NCBI GenBank assembly: GCA_023205875.1
Contig: CP060756.1
Span: forward strand, 248,001-312,000
Direction of reading: 5' to 3'
Length of the DNA: 64,000 bases
Source of the DNA: Chloropicon primus
Taxonomy: Eukaryota
In this document: piece after piece, positions 9,525 through 21,410 of the stretch
Layout of the letters: each line of letters opens with the position of its first letter
How positions within the stretch are numbered: the first letter of the stretch is position 1
Program-made: the position numbers and the translations under genes
The notes under the pieces: generated by a model
Seen by the model: only the letters and a program-made list of their open reading frames with translations
Database searches by the model: none
What the model was told of the DNA's origin: nothing

Positions 9525-10745
9525 TCACTTCTTGTACTCGTCGTGCGCGTTCCAGCCATACGTGTGGATTCTGTTGAAGCGCCAGAACTTGTCCTCCCCG
9601 GGCAGGCAGTCCTCGTCCTCGAAGGCGACGGCAAAGTCCCCGAAAAACTGCTCGACCGTGGACAAGGCAAAGTAGTTGATGGGAAACTCGTTGCTATTGA
9701 GGATGCCCTCCGTTTTCCTGCTGACTTTCTTGGAGAGGAGGAAGGAGACCGTGCGCTCCACGATGTCCTTCACGGGCATGGCGAGGGCCTGGAGGTAATC
9801 CTCGCCGATGATGACCCTGTGGTCGGTGGCCACGTCGTCCTTCGTCACCGACACGTCGACCATGGCCCCGCCGTTCGCTTCGAAGACGCTTTGGAAGAAG
9901 AGCAGGAACTCCTCCTGGTTGCCGTCGACAACAGTGGAGCACGTCCTTGTCGCCTCCAACACTTTTTGCCTCATCTCCTTCTTGAGCCTCTTCTCCTCCT
10001 CGGTGAGCTCCTTCGCCGGCAGGAAGTCCACCTTCCCCTCCTTGAGCAGGTCCTCGTTGACCAGGAACTCCTCTCTGAGCCCCCTCTGCGTCAGTCTCTT
10101 CATGATGGTCTCGAGCATCTGGCTCGCCGCGACTTGCTTTCCCTTCTCCGACACCCCTCCAGCCACCAGGGGCTGCTGCCAGAACTGGACCTTGGCCGAC
10201 GTGTTCCCCAGGGGCATGCCGCTGTTCTCCTTGAACCAGGCGTCCCTTATCCCCATCATCTTCTCCTGGTTCACTTCGGGCAGATCGACGTGCTTGTAGT
10301 AGTAAGCAAGGTCGGACTGGCGGCCCAGGATTGTCCTCAGCGAATTCCTCAGGTGCTTGCTGAACCCCACGAACTGGAGCTGCTTCGCTTGGTCGAAGAC
10401 CGCAAAGACGCTTGCTTGCACGCCCTCCGCCTCGTCCGGGTGGACCTCCCCCTCCACGGAGATCACGGACTTCATGGGCAGGGACTCCAGGGAAGACAAG
10501 GACGAGGACGACTTGCCCGTACCGCTCCCGACCCCTTCCTCGCTCGGGGTGGACACCGCGAGGACGAACACGCCGTTCTGGTGCCTCCTGCAGTCAGCCC
10601 CCCTCGAGGAGGAGGGGCGAAAGAGCCGCGTCGCGCATGCCGACCCAACAAACTGCGCCCGAGGACCCCTGAAACAGGTCGTCGAGGTGGCTCTCGACGA
10701 CGCCACCGATTCCTGGATCTTCATCTTCATCTTCATCATCTTCAT
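9525..10745 (-). CDS. Probable plastid protein with a GrxS16-type GIY-YIG-like domain
   Basis: Ser/Arg-rich transit-like N-terminus. SVFAVFDQAKQLQFVGFSKHLRNSL...IRDAWFKENSGMPLGN matches the degenerate GIY-YIG pattern of AtGRXS16 and cyanobacterial proteins. Confidence 0.7.
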   Translation of the reverse strand: MKMMKMKMKIQESVASSRATSTTCFRGPRAQFVGSACATRLFRPSSSRGADCRRHQNGVFVLAVSTPSEEGVGSGTGKSSSSLSSLESLPMKSVISVEGEVHPDEAEGVQASVFAVFDQAKQLQFVGFSKHLRNSLRTILGRQSDLAYYYKHVDLPEVNQEKMMGIRDAWFKENSGMPLGNTSAKVQFWQQPLVAGGVSEKGKQVAASQMLETIMKRLTQRGLREEFLVNEDLLKEGKVDFLPAKELTEEEKRLKKEMRQKVLEATRTCSTVVDGNQEEFLLFFQSVFEANGGAMVDVSVTKDDVATDHRVIIGEDYLQALAMPVKDIVERTVSFLLSKKVSRKTEGILNSNEFPINYFALSTVEQFFGDFAVAFEDEDCLPGEDKFWRFNRIHTYGWNAHDEYKK

Positions 10746-11467
10746 CCCTCTCTCTTTGTTCCGACGACGCCGACGCCAAGGACGCCGACGGGCGCGTTCT
10801 TGACCCGCAGGAGTTCGAGCCAATCGCTTGAACCCCTCGTGCGTCGGAGAAACCGAAACGAAGCCGAAATCCAGAAACAGGAGCCACACCCACCCTCGTC
10901 CTCCGTTGCTGCTGCTGCTGGAACGAGATGAATAATGAAGATGAACGCACGCCCGCGACAAGAAAGAAAGCTGTTTGCAATGGAAGAGGAGTGAGTGAGT
11001 GAGTGATCGGTTTCTTTTTCTTTTTCTTTTTTCTTGTGTTGTGGTTGGTTCCAGTGTCGTGTTCTGTGTCTTTACCTCTACCTCCTCCGCCCTGCTCGTC
11101 CTCCGTTTGGATAGACTTGGCTTGCACTTTTTCGATCGCTCCACCAATGAGGGAGCAACTCGTGGCTCTCAGCAGCGGAGAAGGGGAGAGGAGGGGGAGA
11201 GGAGGGGAGAGGAGGGGAGAGGAGAGAGAGCGACAGAGAAGAGGAGGAGGAGGAGGGAGTGGGAGTGGTTGGAGGGCTTCGCGTACTTGAGGTGTGTCGT
11301 GAGGTCTGGAGAGGGGCAGAGCGACAGACCACAGAGAGGCAGAGAAGGTGAGAGAGAGAGAAAGAGCGACAGAGAAGGGGAGAGGTTCTGTTCTGTTCTG
11401 TTCTGTTCTGTTCTGTTCTTCTACGAGGAAGAGAACATCGCGCTCTTCTTCCGGCTGAGTGAAGACG

Positions 11468-12538
11468 ATGGTGGTGACGGGGAGATTTGGGAGGGCTGGG
11501 CTCAGGGAGGGCGTGGTCGCCCAGGCGAGGAACGACCGAAGCGTAGGGGACGTGAGGAATCGCCTGGCGAAGCTGAGGCCGGAGAACGCTCCGAAGCGGG
11601 ACAAGCGCAAGGACCAGGGCTACCTGCGCGTGGACGACGACCTGCTCAAGGACGACAACACCCTGGACAAGGTGGAGGAGGGGAGGAAGAGGCCCGCGGA
11701 GGGGCGGCGGTTCAGGGACAAGCTCGCGAGGGAGAGCTCGGAGTTCATCTGGAACTCGGACTGGAGGAAGGATCTCGAGAACTGGGAGAAGTCCTCCACC
11801 TCGACGGCGGGGCCAGGCTCCCCGTCCTCGTCCTCGTCCGCTCCCGCTTCTGTCCAGCCGGAGGGGGGGATCAGCTTCTCGAGAATCTCGGAGCTGAACG
11901 ACCTGAGCGTCGACCTGTCGGAGCAGCTCCGCCCGAGAGCGAGGTCCGAGGACGACGGCGGGGGCGCCGAGGCAGGCAGCGCCAGGGGTGGTCGCAAAGA
12001 CTTCTTGAACTTCCCGGGAAGGGCGAGCGGGGCGGGCTCCTCCTCCTCCTCGGGGGGAAAGTACGCCGGGGAGGCCTACTCGCAGAACATCATGCCGGCG
12101 GATCCTGAGGTCACCGCGAGGGCCAACGAGAAGTACGCGGAAACAAAGGGCGAGCTCTTTGTCTACACGCTGCTCACCGGTCTGGTGGTCGGGGGCCTGT
12201 GCAACAACTTGTACGGCCAGGACGTCGCGGTCAGCTACGGTGCGGGGTGCGCGGCCTCCCTGTTTTACCTCAGGCTCCTGTCGAGGACGGTCGACGCCGT
12301 CGCGTCCGAGGACGCCACCGCCCAGGTCGGGGGGGCCGGGGGCCAGGCCCGGCTCCTCGTGCCGGCCGTCCTCGTCCTGTTCTACAGCAAGCAGAACCAG
12401 TGGGTGCTGGATAACTACGGGGTGAAGCTGAACATCATAGCCATACTCGCCGGCTTCTTCACGTACAAGGCGGGCACTTTCGGCCAAGTTCTCAAGTCCA
12501 CCGTCGCCCTGATGGCGGAGGACAGGCGGAGGAGTTGA
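11468..12538 (+). CDS. CGL160: CGL160-like chloroplast ATP synthase assembly factor (Atp1/UncI domain)
   Basis: FIWNSDW and ISFSRISELNDLSVDLS motifs. C-terminal 4-TM region SYGAGCAASLFYLRLLSRTVD...QARLLVPAVLV. Confidence 0.85.
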   Translation: MVVTGRFGRAGLREGVVAQARNDRSVGDVRNRLAKLRPENAPKRDKRKDQGYLRVDDDLLKDDNTLDKVEEGRKRPAEGRRFRDKLARESSEFIWNSDWRKDLENWEKSSTSTAGPGSPSSSSSAPASVQPEGGISFSRISELNDLSVDLSEQLRPRARSEDDGGGAEAGSARGGRKDFLNFPGRASGAGSSSSSGGKYAGEAYSQNIMPADPEVTARANEKYAETKGELFVYTLLTGLVVGGLCNNLYGQDVAVSYGAGCAASLFYLRLLSRTVDAVASEDATAQVGGAGGQARLLVPAVLVLFYSKQNQWVLDNYGVKLNIIAILAGFFTYKAGTFGQVLKSTVALMAEDRRRS

Positions 12539-12669
12539 GCGTGCTAGTTGGCTTGCGCGTCCTTTGTTTCTGTTTTTGTGTGTATGTGTGTGTAATAAAA
12601 AGGATTTGTTTGAAAGAAAAAAATAGAAAGAACGCGCGTGCGCATGTTTTCTGCCGTGAGGGGGACCCA

Positions 12670-14139
12670 TCAGATCTTCGCCTTGGCGACCCCGTTGCAC
12701 TTCACCCTCCTGGTGAGCGTCCTCATCGTCACGAACTCCTCCGCGGAGGAGGGGTGGATGCCCACGGTGGAGTCGAAGACGGCCTTCGTGGCACCGGCCT
12801 TCATCGCGATGGCGATGCCTTGCATGATCTCGGGAGAGTCCGGGCCGACCATGTGGGCCCCGAGGACCTTGCCCGTGGCGGTCTCGACGATCAGCTTCAT
12901 GAGGCTCCTCTCCTCCCTTCCCGAGAGGGTGTTCTTCATGGGCCTGAAGCCCTCGACGAAGACGTCGATCTCTCCCACGACCTTCTCGATGGCCTCCTCC
13001 TCGGTCATCCCCACGGTCGCCAGGGGGGGCTGGCAGAAGACTGCCGAGGCGATTCCCTCGTAGTCCGGCTCCTTGGGGTTTCCCTTGAACGTCTCCAGCA
13101 GCGCCATGCCCTCCATCAGGGCCACCGGGGTGAGCTGGATCCTGTCGATCACGTCTCCGCAGGCCCACACCCCCTTCTGGTTTGTCTCCAGGTAGGGGTT
13201 GACCAGGATCGCGCCGTTCTTGCCGAGCTTCACGTCCGTGTTCTCCAGCCCGAGGCCCTCGACGTTCGGCCTCCTCCCGGTGGCGAACATGCACTTGTCG
13301 CACTCGAGGACTTGGGTGGCCCCGTCGCTCGTCCTGACGGTGACCCCGAGACTCGACCCGTCCCCGAGCCTCTCCACGGACACTGGGTTCGTCTCCACGT
13401 GCATCACGATCCCCCTCTTCTCCAGGTTGTCCAGCACGAGCTTCCTGCACTCCCCGTCGAACCCGGTGAGCGGCAGGGGCTTCCTGCACACGATGTGGAC
13501 CTCGGAGCCGAAGCCGGCGTAGATTCCCGCAAACTCCACCGCGATGTACCCCCCGCCCACGATGACCATCTTCTTTGGGACCTTGTCGTACACCAGGGCC
13601 TCGTCGCTCGTGTCGCAGAGCTCCTTGCCGGGGAGGTCGGGCACGAAGGCCCTCCCCCCCGTCGCCACCAGCACGTTCCTCGTCCTCAGCACCTCGGTCG
13701 ACCCGTCCCCGCGGGTCACCTGGACCGTCGTGGGCGACAGAATCTTCCCGTGGCCCTCGAAGTAGTCGCACCCCGAGTTCTTCAGCAGCCTTCCGTAGAT
13801 CCCGTTCAGCCGGGTCACCTCCGCCGACTTCTTCTCCATCACCTTGCCGATGTCAAAGGAGGGGGAGGAGGAGGAGGAACCCCAACCGAATCCGAAGGCG
13901 TCCCTGAAGTCCGCCCGGAACCCGCTGGCGTACACGAGGAGCTTCTTCGGCACGCATCCCCTTATCACGCACGTCCCCCCAGCGCCACCCACCCTGTCCT
14001 TCTCGCTCACCAGACCGTAAGGCAGCTCCACCACCGCCACCTTGAGCCCAGCCTTGGCGATCATCCGAGCCGCACGCACGCCTCCCGACCCGGCCCCTAT
14101 CGTCACCAGGTCGTACGTCACCCCCTCGCTCTCACTCAT
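12670..14139 (-). CDS. GR: Glutathione reductase (no transit peptide, cytosolic-type)
   Basis: GAGSGG FAD motif, GGTCVIRGCVPKK redox disulfide, GGGYIA NADPH motif and TVGIHPSSAEE. Confidence 0.95.
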   Translation of the reverse strand: MSESEGVTYDLVTIGAGSGGVRAARMIAKAGLKVAVVELPYGLVSEKDRVGGAGGTCVIRGCVPKKLLVYASGFRADFRDAFGFGWGSSSSSPSFDIGKVMEKKSAEVTRLNGIYGRLLKNSGCDYFEGHGKILSPTTVQVTRGDGSTEVLRTRNVLVATGGRAFVPDLPGKELCDTSDEALVYDKVPKKMVIVGGGYIAVEFAGIYAGFGSEVHIVCRKPLPLTGFDGECRKLVLDNLEKRGIVMHVETNPVSVERLGDGSSLGVTVRTSDGATQVLECDKCMFATGRRPNVEGLGLENTDVKLGKNGAILVNPYLETNQKGVWACGDVIDRIQLTPVALMEGMALLETFKGNPKEPDYEGIASAVFCQPPLATVGMTEEEAIEKVVGEIDVFVEGFRPMKNTLSGREERSLMKLIVETATGKVLGAHMVGPDSPEIMQGIAIAMKAGATKAVFDSTVGIHPSSAEEFVTMRTLTRRVKCNGVAKAKI

Positions 14140-14280
14140 CACGACAAAGACTGACACTCCCGATGAACAGATCTATTCTAGAGCAAGAGCAAGAGGAAGA
14201 GGATGCAAGACACACCAAACCAATCCAATCCAAAACCAATCCCTGAACACAACAGAGAGAGAGAGAGAGAAAGAGAGAAC

Positions 14281-14323
14281 GTGTGTGTCCGCGTGTTGTG
14301 TGTGTGTGTGTGTGTGTGTGTGT
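14281..14323. repeat. (GT)n microsatellite, next to a (GA)n tract, in the GR leader
   Basis: Visible directly. Similar GA/GT/CTG tracts occur in many leaders, e.g. 8467-8515, 15016-15042 and 18105-18154. Confidence 0.9.
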
Positions 14324-14390
14324 GGATGAGTCTGGGTGACAGGTTCTCGTCGTCGTCGTCGTCCTCGTTTGCTTTACTCGTCTCTTGATT

Positions 14391-14411
14391 TTAGGGTTTT
14401 TATTAGGGTTT
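14391..14411 (+). promoter_or_regulatory. Two telo-box motifs (TTAGGGTTT) in the GR/TZF divergent intergenic region
   Basis: TTAGGGTTT at 14391-14399 and 14403-14411. Confidence 0.5.
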
Positions 14412-14693
14412 TCGCAGTTGGATATTTCCCAGGAAAAGTTGTGACACGTGTACCTCGAACGTCTCTCATGAAATATAAATGAAGATAAGGTCTCTCTCCC
14501 TATGAAGGGGAAATCTACACGATTCATCGAAAACACGAGGGCTTGTCATGTGACACGGGGTTTTGTGTTTCAAGCGTCGTTCGTTTTATCTTTTTTCGTG
14601 GAGGGGGAGGTAAGGTTTGCCACGACGTTTTCGACCTAGAGGACGTGTTCAGAACGGAGGGAGGACCCAAAGGAAGGCTTCCCCTTGTTCCGG

Positions 14694-14731
14694 TCTTTCG
14701 AACGAGCCCTCGGTCGAAAGGATTGGCGTCC
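14694..14731 (+). promoter_or_regulatory. Dispersed leader element, copy upstream of TZF
   Basis: TCTTTCGAACGAGCCCTCGGTCGAAAGGATTGGCGTCC aligns without gaps to five other copies. Confidence 0.65.
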
Positions 14732-15010
14732 ATTTGAGGAAGAAAAGGTGTGACTCAACGTTTAAGGTTTTTTTTTTTCTTTTTTGGGTGTGTGTGCGTG
14801 GACAGAGGTGGATCTTGGCCCTTGAGTGGTTGACTTTTGTGGTTCGAGAACGTCGCAGCCTCCGTCGTGGTTGACGAAGCCGCTTCTTCGTCGCGGTCGG
14901 TTGACGCGTGTGTTGCGTCGCTCCTCGCAAACGGCCACACACTTTCACTTTCACTTTTTGGAGGGGGAAGATGGTGGAGTGAGGGAGGTCGCGAGGACAT
15001 CGGCTTGAAG

Positions 15011-15046
<36 letters not shown>

Positions 15047-15221
15047 CGTTCAGGAGAACCTGATCGAGAGAAGAGACTCCTCCTCACGCACCGTGTTGTT
15101 GTTGTTGTCGATCTTCTTCTTCTTCTTCTGTGAAGAGGCGAAAAGGAAGCATCCGAAGCAAGCAACGACCAAACCAAACCAAAGCAAGAACACGTTTTCC
15201 GCCAACCACCAAGACAGCAGA

Positions 15222-16205
15222 ATGGAACACCACCAGCAACACCAGCAGCACTGCGCTCACAGCGCCTCCAGCTCGCTGACTCGCCGGGACTCGTCGTCCA
15301 ATTCCGGCCGGGAGCGGTCCTGGGAGGACTCCAACAACAACTCGACGACGACGGACCCGAACATCACGCACCCGGCGTTCTGCACGGACCACTTTCGGAT
15401 GTACGAGTTCAAGGTGAAGGCGTGCCCCCGAACAAGGGCGCATGACTGGACCCAGTGCCCGTTCGCCCACCCGGGCGAGAAGGCCAGGAGGAGGGACCCG
15501 AGGAAGTACTCGTACTCGGCGGAGCCCTGCCCGGACTACAGGAAGGGGACGTGCAAGCGGGGCGACGCCTGCGAGTACGCCCACGGCGTGTTCGAGTGCT
15601 GGCTCCACCCCTCGAGGTACAGGACGCAGATGTGCACGGACGGGGCGGGCTGCCACAGGCCCGTGTGCTTCTTCGCCCACCACCACGAGGAGCTGAGGTA
15701 CCCGACGGAGACGGCCTGCGTGCCGATACCCGTCGAGCCCCGCAAACCCAGCGCACCCCCACCGGGAACGGGCCACGCCGCCGCCGGGGGCTCCCCCCTG
15801 GACAACCTCGGCTCCGACCAGCTCTTCTCCCTGGCCCTGGCGCACCTGCTTGCGCTGCAGAACCAGCAGCTGCAGGGCCAGAGCCACGCGGCGGGGGGAC
15901 CCGGGCCTCAACAGCAGCAGTTCCATCCGCACAACGTCCACGCCGCGGACGCTGGGTTCACGGCCCCAGCGTCCCCGGCGCTGCAGCACTCCATGCTCCA
16001 ACAAAGTGTACCTTACTACCCGCAGATGCACGCGATCAAGCAGGGCATGAGCCAGTACCAGCACCCGCTCTCCCCGAACTCGCCCTTGCACGGCGACTTT
16101 GGGGTCTTGCCGATGACGGAGCGCGGCGACTTTGGGTCGATGGACAACCTACTCTCGTCCTTGCCCAGGAGCCTTTCCGACGTCGGTCTCGCGGACTTGA
16201 GGTGA
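15222..16205 (+). CDS. Plant-type arginine-rich tandem CCCH zinc finger protein (RR-TZF)
   Basis: [50 protein letters not shown] and [16 protein letters not shown]. Confidence 0.95.
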   Translation: MEHHQQHQQHCAHSASSSLTRRDSSSNSGRERSWEDSNNNSTTTDPNITHPAFCTDHFRMYEFKVKACPRTRAHDWTQCPFAHPGEKARRRDPRKYSYSAEPCPDYRKGTCKRGDACEYAHGVFECWLHPSRYRTQMCTDGAGCHRPVCFFAHHHEELRYPTETACVPIPVEPRKPSAPPPGTGHAAAGGSPLDNLGSDQLFSLALAHLLALQNQQLQGQSHAAGGPGPQQQQFHPHNVHAADAGFTAPASPALQHSMLQQSVPYYPQMHAIKQGMSQYQHPLSPNSPLHGDFGVLPMTERGDFGSMDNLLSSLPRSLSDVGLADLR

Positions 16206-16560
16206 TGGCGTAGCCGCGCTCTCGCGCCTCTGCAACATTGCAGCAGGTACTGCCTTGTACATCAAGAACAACTTTTTTTCTTCTTTCGATTCTGTAGATT
16301 ACAATTTTGATTTTTTTTGTCAATTGTGATAAAACCTTTACTGCACACATCTTCGCTTTTGCGACCCACCCGCCACCCACCCCTTGTGGGCTCTCCTTCC
16401 AAGGCACAAAGACCACAAGCAAAGAGAAAGAGAGAGCACCGGCGCCGGCGAGGTCCAAAACACGCTGGGTAGACTAAGAAAAACCTTAAACGATTTATAA
16501 CAATATTTTCGTGTCCGACTAAAATTTTAGACAAGGGCTGTCCTTCTTGACTGCTTCCAT

Positions 16561-18403
<1,843 letters not shown>

Positions 18404-19305
18404 CCCTCTCTCTCCTTCACTCGAGTAGTGAACTCACTCCACTTCCACTCCTCCGTCGACGCACCGCGCTCCTCTGTTTCCGAGCCGTCACCAGCTCACC
18501 CTCCTCGTTCGGCGCACGATTTTGACCTAATCTCGAGCCTCGTTCGGAAATGTTTCCGTAATTCAAAGTTGAACTACCATTCAAGACCCAATATCCACTC
18601 GTGTGGAAATATCCAAAAGTAGAATCTAAGTTTGGGAAAATCGTAATCGTTGAGAGGAGTAGATCCTCGTGTCGTTGCTTCGTCTTGGTTGTGATGTTAT
18701 GCGTAGAATGAGGATAAGATGGGTTTTGCACTAGGGGGGGGGAGTTCGTGATCGTGAAGACAAAAAATTGGAAGAAAATCGGAGCAACGTTTAAAATGGG
18801 GTTTTCTACACGGTGAATCTCGCTGACGGCTGGAACGACGAAAGGGTGTAAAGAGAACCGTTTGAAATGTACACCCCAGGAGGACATCCAGGACGGACAC
18901 ACATTGGCTTTGGCTTTGGCTTTGGCTTTGGCTTTGTCTCCCTCCCGTTCCGATCGTTTTCCGATCGTCTTCCGCCCCGTCTTCCGCCCCGTCTTGGTCG
19001 TGCATTTCCTGATTTGATGTCTCCCCTTGGGGCGGGCGTTCCTTCCTTGCATTGCACCACGGACGGGTGGACGGCCTGGGGGACGACCAAGGCCCTTGTC
19101 CTCCTCCTCTCCTCCCCTCGTCCTTTCGTTTCATCAATCGCAAGGTTTGGGTTTGGGTTTGGGCTGTGAATCATGCGTGATCCCTGTACCCCGCCAGCAT
19201 GGGGTGCTGGCCGCCCTTCGTCTTTGATGGCCTTTCCGCCTCCCCCTCGACCTGGCTCTTCTTAGATTATTTGGCTGTGCAGTTCCCTGCTGCTGCTGCG
19301 CCGCG

Positions 19306-19932
19306 TCACCCGCTGGACCGCGCTTTGATGGCCTTTCTGCCGCCGCTCCAGCTCCCCCGCAACCACCCAAGTGCCCACGCCACGGCGCTCCAGCTGCCCA
19401 CGAAGCCCAGGAGGAGGGCGAAGGCCACGAGGGGAGACAGGAGGAACCAGACCGGCCAGACGGCGATGGTGAAGGAGAAGAAGGTGAAGATTCCCAGCAC
19501 GGTCCCCGCGGGGATGGCGTAGGGGGAGGAGATGTTCCAGTCCTCCTTTGAGCCCTTGACCGCGCCCAGCCAGATCGTCAGGTACAGGTAGATGCACGTG
19601 TTGAGGGCGAAGGAGACCCCGCAGGCCGCGAGCCAGTTGCGAGCGATCCTCTCGTCAGTCGCCACGACCGCGACGAAGTTCCTCTTCCCGTCCCCGTACC
19701 ACAGAATAAAGGCGGAGACCACGACCCACAACAGGCCCTCAACCTTGTTCCTGACCCTCTCCCTCTCCTCGGCCCTCTTTCGCTTCTCCAGCACCTCGCG
19801 CTCTAGCTGGCTCAAGCTCTTCACCTTCCTCGGTCTTCGCTTCCTCGCCGCCCCGGAGGCCGCCGAGGCCCCCTCCGTAACGTCCGAATCATCTTTAACG
19901 TCCGAGACCCGCTCGTACCCCGGCCTCGCCAT
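19306..19932 (-). CDS. TMEM128: TMEM128-like four-pass membrane protein
   Basis: Four hydrophobic helices with IYLYLTIWL, YAIPAGT and IAVWPVW motifs. A probable 5'-UTR intron lies upstream (AAG|GTGAGT at 20144 to GACAG at ~19976). Confidence 0.75.
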   Translation of the reverse strand: MARPGYERVSDVKDDSDVTEGASAASGAARKRRPRKVKSLSQLEREVLEKRKRAEERERVRNKVEGLLWVVVSAFILWYGDGKRNFVAVVATDERIARNWLAACGVSFALNTCIYLYLTIWLGAVKGSKEDWNISSPYAIPAGTVLGIFTFFSFTIAVWPVWFLLSPLVAFALLLGFVGSWSAVAWALGWLRGSWSGGRKAIKARSSG

Positions 19933-20023
19933 CAACCCCCCTCCCACCTATCCAAACCCCCTCGTCCCTCGCCCCTGTCACGAGGCAGAGCAAGCCAGTC
20001 ATCAGTCTCTTCCATCCTCGTCA

Positions 20024-20061
20024 CGACGCCAAACCCTTCTCGCGACGGCTCTTTCGAAAGA
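20024..20061 (-). promoter_or_regulatory. Dispersed leader element, copy upstream of TMEM128
   Basis: Minus strand TCTTTCGAAAGAGCCGTCGCGAGAAGGGTTTGGCGTCG; 21 bp are identical to the IleRS copy. Confidence 0.7.
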
Positions 20062-20232
20062 GAAAGGAGAGAAGGTTCCCCCCCTCGACCCCCTTTCCCT
20101 CCCCCTCCCCCTCCTCGCCGCCCACCGCCGTCGACAGCACTCACCTTGGCCTCCTCGATCGATGCTCAGCTGGCGCAGAGTCCGTAGGGCGTTGAGAGAA
20201 GGAGAAGGAGCGAGAGAGTGGCATCGCGACGA

Positions 20233-20340
20233 CGGGATCGCGACGCACGAGGGGAGGAGCCTACCGCCCTCTGAGGTTCACATCCATCGGGATCGCGACG
20301 CACGAGGGGAGGAGCCTACCGTCCTCTGAGGTTCACATCC
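20233..20340. repeat. 55-bp direct tandem duplication upstream of the MBL gene
   Basis: CGGGATCGCGACGCACGAGGGGAGGAGCCTACCG(C/T)CCTCTGAGGTTCACATCC occurs twice (starts 20233 and 20288). Confidence 0.95.
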
Positions 20341-20397
20341 TGGTGCCAATCACCAGTCTTGCACGCCTCGCTGAGGAGCGCTTGCTTGGCGTCACTG

Positions 20398-21372
20398 ATG
20401 GCGTCACTGATGACGGAGGAGGTGATCTTCCTAGGGACGGGGGTGAGCACGGGGCTGCCTCGGCTGAGCTGCATTCTGCAGAAGGAGAAGGCGCAATGCA
20501 AGGTGTGCCAGCAAGCTTGGAGGGATCCGTTTGACAAGAATTATCGTTGCAACGTTTCCGTCCTGGTGAGGTGCAGGAGGCCTGGGACGGAGGAGAGGGT
20601 GACCGTCATGATCGATGCGGGGAAGACGATGAGGGATGCGGCCTTGAGGTGGTTCCCGAGGCACGGGGTGACCGGAATCGACGCGGTGTTGCTGACGCAC
20701 GGGCACGCGGACGCTTGCGGAGGCATGGACGATCTCAGGGACTTCACTAGCTTCGTCAAGGGCCCGCGGGGGGCTCAAGACAAGGACAGGAAGTCCGGTG
20801 CCGCCGGGATCAAGAGCGGCTACTTCGGGCTGCAGCGCGAGCTGCCAGTGTTCTTGAACCAAGAAACGTTCGACGTGTGCCGGGGCGCTTATCCGTACCT
20901 TGTCCCCGCCCTCAGGCAGGACTCGTGTCCGCGGCGGGTCGCGAGCCTGCGGTGGGAGGTGATAGACAACAACTCCGACTTCGAGATCCTGGGCGTCAAG
21001 ATCGTTCCACTTCCAGTGCTGCACGGCGGATCGTACGTTTGCCTCGGGTTCAGCTTCGATGGAGGCAAGTTTGTGTACCTGAGTGATGTCTCCGAGGTCC
21101 AGCCGCCCATTATGGCCCAGCTGGAGTCGTACTCGATCGAAACCCTGATTCTGGACTGCCTTGACAGGGGCACGAGCCCGTCCCACTTCTGCCTGCCCGA
21201 CACCTTAGCCCTGGTCCGGAAGCTGAGGCCTCAAAAGACACTTCTGGTCGGCATGTCCTGCGAACTCGGCTTGCACGATGAAGTGAACGAGGAGCTACGG
21301 GAGCTTCTTTCGACGGAAGGCTTGGACGTGCAGCTCGCTCACGATGGGCTCAGCATTAAAATCAAACCATAA
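20398..21372 (+). CDS. PhnP-like metallo-beta-lactamase-fold hydrolase
   Basis: FLGTGVSTGLP, CKVC, IDAGKT, LTHGHADACGGMDD, VLHG, YLSDVS, SHF and LAHDGL. Start is ATG 20398 or 20410. Confidence 0.9.
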   Translation: MASLMTEEVIFLGTGVSTGLPRLSCILQKEKAQCKVCQQAWRDPFDKNYRCNVSVLVRCRRPGTEERVTVMIDAGKTMRDAALRWFPRHGVTGIDAVLLTHGHADACGGMDDLRDFTSFVKGPRGAQDKDRKSGAAGIKSGYFGLQRELPVFLNQETFDVCRGAYPYLVPALRQDSCPRRVASLRWEVIDNNSDFEILGVKIVPLPVLHGGSYVCLGFSFDGGKFVYLSDVSEVQPPIMAQLESYSIETLILDCLDRGTSPSHFCLPDTLALVRKLRPQKTLLVGMSCELGLHDEVNEELRELLSTEGLDVQLAHDGLSIKIKP

Positions 21373-21410
21373 GTATAGTGTAATCTTCCTTTCACAATGA
21401 ATGTGAGACG

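Noticed and set aside
18540..19260. Possible ncRNA in the ATP2-TMEM128 intergenic region (GGGTGTA...TACACCC stem near 18844-18877)
   Set aside because: Only a short stem, with no tRNA, snRNA or snoRNA boxes I can support.
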